Below, piece after piece: positions 1 through 7,500 of a stretch of DNA of 26,340 nt (within the stretch, counting starts at the first letter, position 1; each line of letters starts with the position of its first letter). Both the position numbers and the translations under genes were made by a program. This stretch comes from a virus (taxonomy: Duplodnaviria > Caudoviricetes). The stretch covers positions 1 through 26,340 of IMG/VR virus record IMGVR_UViG_3300025639_000017. The stretch is one strand, 5' to 3'. The notes beneath the pieces are model-generated. The model saw only the letters and a program-made list of their open reading frames with translations. It had not been told where the DNA came from and ran no database searches.

Positions 1-495
1 CGTGGGTGTGACTGACACTCCTAAGTTAGTATTCTGCCACTCCGATGCAACACTGTTGTACATCAGTAAGTCGTTATTCTGAACACTAGCGACAGTAACA
101 TCAGTTAAATCATTTACCGCTGATGCTCCACCGCCTCCTCCAGAACTAACAAGCACCCCATACGCCACAACCTGTAACGTATCGCCTGTGCTAGCGCCTG
201 TGCCCAATGTAACTGTTGTACCATCGGTTGCCGTGTAATCTGCTGCGTCAAGTAGGACACCGTTTAGAAATACGTGTATAGATGCTGCTGTGTACGCCAG
301 TGTCTTGCTACCCGTATCGGCCCCTGTGAATGCGGTCTGGCCACTTGTTGCAGTGTAGGTGAAGCTTGTGGTGCCACCCGTCTGCACTTCCCAAGCTGAC
401 CCATTGTATTTGTAGGTCGTGCCCTTCATTGCGAGGGTGTCGTCTGCGGCTGGACTTGCTGGAAAACCACCGTCTGAATAATCAAATGCTGCCAT
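1..495 (-). CDS. Tail fibre/structural protein, 5' part (runs off the window edge)
   Basis: Not in the ORF track. Read manually from ATG at 495 with RBS AGGAGA (501-506): MAAFDYSDGGFPASPAADDTLAMKGTTYKYNGSAWEVQTGGTTSFTYTATSGQTAFTGAD...IHVFLNGVLLDAADYTATDGTTVTLGTGA...SGGGGGASAVNDLTDV..., open to position 1. These motifs are typical of aquatic phage fibre proteins. Confidence 0.85.
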   Translation of the reverse strand, partial: MAAFDYSDGGFPASPAADDTLAMKGTTYKYNGSAWEVQTGGTTSFTYTATSGQTAFTGADTGSKTLAYTAASIHVFLNGVLLDAADYTATDGTTVTLGTGASTGDTLQVVAYGVLVSSGGGGGASAVNDLTDVTVASVQNNDLLMYNSVASEWQNTNLGVSVTPT

Positions 496-504
496 GTGTT
501 TCTC

Positions 505-1488
505 CTAAGAAGTCTTAATGCCGTAGAGGTAGAACTCACCTTGAGTGATGTCAGTTGATTGCGCAGACCACTGGAAAGTGAGGCTAGTTACAGCTTCTTT
601 TTTTGTATACATAGACCACGCTCTATTTGACGACCAAGTTCCAGCCATAGAAGATGTAGAACTATGGCGGTTAGCTACACCCTCAACAGAAGCCGTAGTG
701 AATCGAGTAGAACTACCAGAAATTAATGCCACGGTAGCATTTACGTGACCTCCGACCTTTACACCGTCGCCAGCTAAATTCATTCCGTAATACTGTTGAT
801 TGCCGCCGTAGTACCGATATTCTGCTGGGCTGGTGTAACCATCTTCCCCATTTATCTGCAAAACTGGGTCATAATAGCTCGTACTGTCGTGGGCCATGCC
901 ACGAACAACTATCTGTAATTGAGAGTAGCCAGTTAAATCTAATGATGTAAATGCCACGCTACTAACATCGCTGGTTACTATAGTCGATGAAATTAATTCG
1001 ACAACACCACCACCGCCACCACCCGAAGCGGCTGCGGCTGCTGTACCATTGGCACTTGAAATATCTAGCCAAGCGGCATCGGTGCCGTCGGTTACACGGA
1101 CATAAAGCACACCATTAGCAGTGTCGTACCACTGATCGCCAACTGCTGGGCTAGTAGGGGCTGTGGCTGCGGAAGTCATGTTGACGCCGCCTAAGCCTGC
1201 CACATCAGCAGCGGTCAGTGCTTGGTAACAGGTATCCCCTGCCGACCATGCCTGATCACCGAAACTGGACTCCGCGTTCTTGGTTACGCCGGTCAACGTC
1301 CAGTGTGTGCTGTTGTCAGCACGCCCTGTGTAGGTGATGATTTCGATCTGCGTGTCCGACTTGAGTGTCAATCGCCCAACGGCAGGTACGTCTTTATTCG
1401 GAGCGACAGCCTTAACCACATCAATACTCGTTGCACCAATGGCAACCGCTGCATGGAGTGTCGTTGATACGTTATTTTCAAAGGCCAT
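505..1488 (-). CDS. Tail fibre protein (327 aa)
   Basis: N-terminal fibre-anchor-like domain (EIITYTGR...LTGVTK...AWSAGD...LTAA), a TAPTSPAVGDQWYDTANGVLYV motif, a poly-Gly linker and a C-terminal beta domain ending GEFYLYGIK; lies within the fibre module. Confidence 0.8.
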   Translation of the reverse strand: MAFENNVSTTLHAAVAIGATSIDVVKAVAPNKDVPAVGRLTLKSDTQIEIITYTGRADNSTHWTLTGVTKNAESSFGDQAWSAGDTCYQALTAADVAGLGGVNMTSAATAPTSPAVGDQWYDTANGVLYVRVTDGTDAAWLDISSANGTAAAAASGGGGGGVVELISSTIVTSDVSSVAFTSLDLTGYSQLQIVVRGMAHDSTSYYDPVLQINGEDGYTSPAEYRYYGGNQQYYGMNLAGDGVKVGGHVNATVALISGSSTRFTTASVEGVANRHSSTSSMAGTWSSNRAWSMYTKKEAVTSLTFQWSAQSTDITQGEFYLYGIKTS

Positions 1489-1489
1489 G

Positions 1490-1762
1490 TTATACGTCCT
1501 TGATTTTCAATTTGAAATTTACTTCTTTTGCGCGACCCTGATTCGTGATGACTAGGGTCGATACCACATACGTCTTCTTATTGACGCCACCCGACACCCA
1601 TAGTTTGGGGATTGCCGTAGCCGCATCAGTGGTTTCAATGGTCAAACCTGCGGGGGATGACGTAACTGTTGTCGTTAAAATAGCGTCCCCCGCCTTTAAC
1701 CAGGAGGTGAAATCGACGTCGTAATCCAGACGCTCGATAGGTTGCTTTGTGAACGATTCCAT
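1490..1762 (-). CDS. Putative fibre-tail adaptor protein (90 aa)
   Basis: FTKQPIERLDYDVDFTSWL...LWVSGG...Y.V...T..GR pattern of small Ig-like phage fibre-adaptor proteins; tightly coupled to neighbouring genes. Confidence 0.7.
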   Translation of the reverse strand: MESFTKQPIERLDYDVDFTSWLKAGDAILTTTVTSSPAGLTIETTDAATAIPKLWVSGGVNKKTYVVSTLVITNQGRAKEVNFKLKIKDV

Positions 1763-1774
1763 AAACTAATCTCT

Positions 1775-4081
1775 CTAGGCTGCTTCAGCGAAGGTGACAC
1801 GGGAGTCGCCTTCTACTGTGATTATTCGGGAGGCTGACTCTATATTGATTGCCCTGTTTTCAGCCTCAACAAGAATAAGAATTCCGTTGCTGCGAGTGCC
1901 CTCTTGAGCTACTAGAGTGAATGCCACATCAAGAGCTGCGGAGGCAGTAATGGTAACGTCAGGGACTTCTTTTACACTTTGTGGTTGTGCTGCAATTTCA
2001 GCTGTGCATTCCACGATGGCATGAGCAGTTTTGAAGTGCTGCTGCTCCTCACCAAAGACACTACAAACACCTTCGGCTATAGCACTCACGTACGTCGAAA
2101 TGTTACTGACCGCTGTGGCATCACTGGACGCGACAATGGAGGTGTGCCCGACTGCAACCTTGTGACTGGCCGAAACAGTGACGCCATAGCCGCTTACATT
2201 GGCGGTGGCGTTAGCCAAATTAACAGCGGATTCAGTGATGTCACTTGATGACACTGCTGAAGCTGAAACAATGAGTATGTTGTGAGCATAAGCAACGGCA
2301 TTGGCTGAGGCCAAAATCCCAACAACCAACAAACTAGTAGCTTCAGCGGTAACTGTCGCTCTTGGGGAGTAAGCATCAGTTAGGGTAGCCGAACCTACAA
2401 GGAACCTACCACCAATAGCGTACACCGATGAAGATGCAGTAATAAGTGCGTCGCCCGTAGTGAAGCTGCTGCCAGTGGCGGACACATCACTGCTTGCCGC
2501 AACACTCGCATTACCGTAAACGGGATGATAGAACCATGAGGAAGCGACAATATCAGCCGAAACCCCAACATCGGCTTGCGCATGTATGATCCCGTACACT
2601 GACGCAGTAACAGCTGCCTCACATTCCAGAGCAACAATCTGTTCGCTACTTACGCTAGCGGCGGCGACTACTTCTGCGTGAGGTACTGGAGTGGAAACCC
2701 AAGTTTCAGTGTGGACAAACTCATCAACGTAATAATAGTAGCCAGCAAATCCACCGTTATTTCCTGCGGAGTATATCCCACCGCTTTGTAGACCTACCGA
2801 ACTGAGAATAGAGCCCGCCCACGAATTGCGTGGTCCGTTAGAAACCCCTGGAACATTCGTGAACGAAGAATAAGGCGTCGTGCTTGCCTCGAAATAGTTA
2901 GCACCAGTGATGTGTTCCCACGCGTCGGTAACAAGGAGGTATCCGGCATTTATAGCAGCCTCAGCAAACACGTTTTTAAACACAGACGACACTGCGGATA
3001 GTGTAGCGTTACACTCAACCAGAGCCTCACCGAAGGCCCATGTTCCAGCATCCGCAACCGTTTCACATGATGTATTTACGCTTGCATTGCCATGTAGCAG
3101 ACGGTGCGCATTTGCCGATGCATCAAGGCTCGCTGAAGCATTAATGTCTGCGACCACACGCTTATAGATAACTGGCTGCGACGATACACTCGCTAGACAA
3201 GTAGCTTGGGCAAAACTTCCTGTTGTGATAAGTCCTTCGGCAGTGACTTGTGCTGAAGGTACTGGGGTATCAATCCATACAGACTGAATTGAACTTTGTT
3301 CAATATCATGGACAGGAATCTGGAAGTTTACAGGGTAGGTGGCACCAAGATAGGAGAACTGTTTTGTCTCAGAATAATTCCAACCCTGCGACGAACCTTC
3401 TCGCATATCACCATCGAGCCGGTATGTGTCCCAAAAGGAATCATATTGATCATCCCCTGTCGCTGACCCATACTCGACTGTCCAATACTGTCCTGGCCGG
3501 AGCACATATTGAGCCACTTTCCAGTGCTTGTTACCAGAAAGATCTGTGAAGTAGCCCGTCTTAACGCCGAAACGAGTCGAACTGATTGGCGTCCACACCA
3601 CCTGATTTTCGTAGTGACCCGCCATATTAGCAAGTGCGAAGATGACCTTACCTGAGTTAGCAGTAAGGTGAGCGTCTGCCTCTAATAAAGCAGACGCGTA
3701 GGCCACCCTCGATCCTACAGCAACATTCGTTGCTTGAGCCGTAACGTACACGACTGCTTGCCTGTGAACTACAGCATTAGCATCACTGCTTGCTGCGCAT
3801 ACAATTTCAGCATTACTGAATTGGATTCCATACCCGTCTGCATCTGCACCAGCAGTACAAGACATTGACGCCGTAGCCACCGCTGAACGAACCACAAATT
3901 GCGTAGTCGATAGTGCCACACCAGCAGCCGAGGCCGTGGTAAACGCGTGTAGGAAAACTTGTGCAGAAGCCGTAGCCTCCGCACCAAACGACGCCGACCC
4001 CTCATGCGTAACCGCTGCCGAAGCAGAGATGACGTTCCCACGTACCCCTATTGGGTGTGTGTTGAGGGCGGCGAAGTTCAT
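1775..4081 (-). CDS. Long Ala/Ser/Val-rich fibre backbone protein with two aromatic-rich inserts (768 aa)
   Basis: Quasi-repetitive A/S/T/V beta-strand-like sequence; N-terminal MNFAALN; sits between the small fibre-subunit gene and the adaptor gene. Confidence 0.7.
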   Translation of the reverse strand: MNFAALNTHPIGVRGNVISASAAVTHEGSASFGAEATASAQVFLHAFTTASAAGVALSTTQFVVRSAVATASMSCTAGADADGYGIQFSNAEIVCAASSDANAVVHRQAVVYVTAQATNVAVGSRVAYASALLEADAHLTANSGKVIFALANMAGHYENQVVWTPISSTRFGVKTGYFTDLSGNKHWKVAQYVLRPGQYWTVEYGSATGDDQYDSFWDTYRLDGDMREGSSQGWNYSETKQFSYLGATYPVNFQIPVHDIEQSSIQSVWIDTPVPSAQVTAEGLITTGSFAQATCLASVSSQPVIYKRVVADINASASLDASANAHRLLHGNASVNTSCETVADAGTWAFGEALVECNATLSAVSSVFKNVFAEAAINAGYLLVTDAWEHITGANYFEASTTPYSSFTNVPGVSNGPRNSWAGSILSSVGLQSGGIYSAGNNGGFAGYYYYVDEFVHTETWVSTPVPHAEVVAAASVSSEQIVALECEAAVTASVYGIIHAQADVGVSADIVASSWFYHPVYGNASVAASSDVSATGSSFTTGDALITASSSVYAIGGRFLVGSATLTDAYSPRATVTAEATSLLVVGILASANAVAYAHNILIVSASAVSSSDITESAVNLANATANVSGYGVTVSASHKVAVGHTSIVASSDATAVSNISTYVSAIAEGVCSVFGEEQQHFKTAHAIVECTAEIAAQPQSVKEVPDVTITASAALDVAFTLVAQEGTRSNGILILVEAENRAINIESASRIITVEGDSRVTFAEAA

Positions 4082-4086
4082 TTAGA

Positions 4087-4473
4087 TTACTGTAGCTGCA
4101 CAGTTACGCCGTTCACTGCGAAGGACAATACATCGTCGGCAGTTAAGGTCTTACTGTTCTGCAAGTTTGTGTGATACAGCAAGTTGCCACCCGTGGTCGC
4201 ATCGTAAATACCGATGTGGGTTACTGTGACAGAGCTCCCGACTAAAGCAGGGAACTGGATCTGAGTACCTGTGGAGGTTTGGCCACCAGAGATTGCACCG
4301 AAGGTCATGGCCTCCCGAGCATAGCCAGACCAGTTACACTCACTGCCCGAACCCGCATCGGTTGGATCTGAGGTAAACACTGCCAAATAAGCAGTCGAAA
4401 TAGTTGGAAATGTGCCGCCTTTTAAGGTGGCATCGAGGACTTTTTCCTCGAGGTAATCTGAAAATTTAGACAT
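4087..4473 (-). CDS. Small fibre subunit protein (128 aa)
   Basis: Likely true start is ATG 4473 (MSKFSDYLEEKVLD) with RBS GGAG at 4480-4483. Motifs YLAVFTSDPTDAG, GYAR and THIGIYDATTGGNLL are typical of a widespread small phage fibre/virion protein family. Confidence 0.85.
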   Translation of the reverse strand: MSKFSDYLEEKVLDATLKGGTFPTISTAYLAVFTSDPTDAGSGSECNWSGYAREAMTFGAISGGQTSTGTQIQFPALVGSSVTVTHIGIYDATTGGNLLYHTNLQNSKTLTADDVLSFAVNGVTVQLQ

Positions 4474-4535
4474 CGCTAACTCCAAAAGTTTTCTAATATA
4501 AAATGCAAAAATGCTCCATAAGTATATCACCTTTA

Positions 4536-4552
4536 TATAAGCACTGCTTATA
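4536..4552. promoter_or_regulatory. 17-bp palindrome copy 1 (TATAAGCACTGCTTATA), upstream of the fibre module
   Basis: Perfect 8-bp inverted repeat with a 1-nt centre. On the minus strand it is followed by an extended -10-like TGaTATACT. Repeated elsewhere in the window. Confidence 0.7.
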
Positions 4553-7500
4553 ATTGAGAGTAGATCGGGGTGAGGCGTTTTGCCAGGTCACCCATGTCTC
4601 CAGTGAAGAACGTTTCAAGGGTTCCTGCCGTTGGCCCCAGCGCAGTGACCACTCCGCTACGCCCGTAGTCCCCTGCATCTGACATCATTTTGATGATGGA
4701 CATTGGGCCTAAAATACCGGTACGATCGATTAGCTCAAAAAGATAGCCTAGGATGCCTTCATCGTCTCCGCCACCATTTTTGCCCAAAGCTCCTTTTATC
4801 AGTTCCCTGGTCTGTAGGGCCAGCGCAGCCAATGGCATAAGTACGCCGAACATAAGTCCGACTGACATCATTGCACCAATCTTATCGCCCTCTTTCCAAC
4901 GCGACTTCGACTCACGTAGAACACCACCGACGACAATCTGACCGAATGAATAGAAGAAACTTTTCAGTTGCCAAATCAGCATAAAACGAGGGTCCGATGC
5001 CCACGTAGGTCTGTGTGCTGCATTAGGTCGGATAATGGCTTCATCTACGAAATTAAGGATCGCCTCTTGGACCGCCTCACCCTCGGGGGTTGTTAGATCT
5101 AACGTGTCAGTCTCAACATCGTAACCTTTGAACACTGTTTCAGGCGTAAGGCCCAGTTCTTCCAGATACCGCAGGCTGCGCTTGTCACCCTCGGCGGCTT
5201 TTTTCGCATGGTGCGATATGAAATCACGGCCCATATTGGCTGAAATTACTCGAGTCATTCGAGTCCACTGTTCCAAACCAATTGCTCTGAAATACCGGTC
5301 CGACCATTTACGTGCGCCTGGATCAATAAACTCTGAGTTGTACGCTTGGTGTAAAGCCTCTTGTACTGCCTCACGGGACGCCGCGCCTACCCGCTCTGCG
5401 AACAGGATTTGCTCATCGCGCGTTTGTTTGCTCATGTACTCGCGCCACGTACCCATTGCGCTTTTGAAACCGTGCATATCTTTTGAGCGAATAATCGGGT
5501 TACCGATGTCGGTGAACGATGCAATTACGGAGTAAAGTAGGGTCGTAGAGAACTGGAGCGCCGCCATGTAGCTTTGGTACTTGTTCCATTTGGGGTCGAT
5601 GTGTGCACCCAAACGCCCTAGGTAGCCCATCACTATTTTTTGCGCCTGCGCTTTCTGCTTAGGCGACATCTGTTGGATTAAGCGCTCAGCCTGGTCTTTA
5701 ACAACATTGTATTCGGCGTGCTTAGTCGCCTGTTTCAGGTACAGTTGAACAGCAACCAAAGGGTCCTGATAAAAATCCTGATCCTGTAGCGACTTCGCAT
5801 CCATATTCTTTAACACACGTTGCATCTTGGCGTTGAACTGAGGGCCAAATACCTCGTGGTTAGGGATGTCCTCGATAAATGCACCATCGTTTTCGAGCAT
5901 GGCTCTCATTATTGTTTGCGATTCGCGCTTGTTGAGCCCCGCCTTTTTCAACTCAGCCAAAAATGCATCAGGGTCCGCGTGTATCGCCTGGATATTGTAT
6001 ACGACGGGGAAGTAGTTCTGTATTTTCCCGATTTTAGGTATACGTTTTTTGAGGTACTCACTGTGGAACCGATCAAAGAAATTGGCCAGTTGCTGCCGCA
6101 TCTTAGGGTCTATTGATTGGTCAATAGTCACACCTGCCTGCATTTCTTCCAGGACTTTGTGCGCGTGCTTCGGGTCACCCCCCAACACTTCTGCGAACTG
6201 TGCGTTCCACTTATCCAGCGCGTGATGCTGCTTATTAAGCATGTCCCCTTCGCCGCGCGTACGGCTTTGAGTGCGGTGGTAAAACAGGTTAGCGAACGCC
6301 GGTCCGTGCTTACCCAATCGAGTACGTGCATATTGGTCAGCCGATAAGGTCACTTTCAACATGCCGGACACGATGTCGCTACTCCACATTTCACCCATCA
6401 ACTCCGTAAGCCGCTGTACGGCTTTTGAATCAATGAGGTCAGCGATGGCCAACGCGATTGGGTCCCTCTCGAAGTCACCGAAATTCGGGACCACAATATT
6501 TGTGTCCTTGTTTGATGAGGTGCTGCGGCGTTTCGTAGCTTGTACTTTTTTACGGGGCTTAGGCTCACTGTTTCCGAACGTTGCATCAGTGTCGTCTAGC
6601 ATGACGAAATTGACCTCGCCCTGATTGCGGCCCACTACCTCGTCCATAAACTCGTCGAATGTCTCGTTCAACGTAGCCCTTTCCTTCATATCACGCAAAG
6701 CGCCCCGCGCCTTTGGAGACACGCCGCTCTCTAATTCGCGCCGCACAAACTGACGGGAACGGTTCCAAATGGTCGCAAGCTGACCCGCTACCTTTTTGAA
6801 AAAGGCCTCAGTGAAGTGCCCAGGCTTTTCAGTTTGTTTTTTGGCCCATGCGCTTGTTTGGTCTGCGAACCACTCTTCAAAGCCTTTTTTGTCGTTCGTG
6901 TATGTATAGCTACCCGCTTTTTTGCTCAACCGCTCTTTGCTGAATTGCTTCCAAAGCCGCTCCTGCTGAGCTTTAGGGAGCGCATCCCACATGTCCCACA
7001 TCACAATATGGCCCATCTCGTGGCCCAATATGAAAATTTGTTCCGCCTGTCGGTAGTCGTTGTCCGCCGTTCTATTAAGAACAATGTATTTAGCGCCACC
7101 ATGGCTGACTGCCGCAGCTTTTGCGCCTTTGTTAAGCACCGTGTCCGCAGAGGCGCGCACTTCCGTTGGGATAGACGTGCCATCGATCTCGTCCCTAAAC
7201 ACGATGTGTATATCACCGCCGATATTCAGGGTCTTTTTTATGGCATCAATATAGTTTTGGAACAGGTCAGGTACGCTGCCCCACGCCGTAGTGCCGTTTT
7301 TCGACGTGCGCTGTTGCTGCTCAGCACCCGTACTGTTCGCCTCGGCGTCCTTTGCTGCCTGAGCTTCTGCCCGCTGTCTTTTACTGTCATTGATGGTCTT
7401 TTTAGGGTTGGACTTTGGCTTCGGCTTGTTCTTTGGGCGTCGGTCGCTGTAGATTATCGGGTTGCCGTTCTCGTCTACTTGGCGCTGTTTATTATCCGCC

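Noticed and set aside
1-4081. Diversity-generating retroelement acting on the fibre genes
   Set aside because: No reverse transcriptase and no ~100-bp TR/VR pair differing at adenines is visible in the window.
4474-4530. Upstream start of the 147-aa ORF
   Set aside because: It runs through promoter-like DNA; the RBS and the family-typical N-terminus support ATG 4473.
4536-4552. CIRCE or LexA box identity for the 17-bp palindrome
   Set aside because: It lacks the TTAGCACTC-N9-GAGTGCTAA spacing and the CTGT-N8-ACAG consensus; the similarity is superficial.
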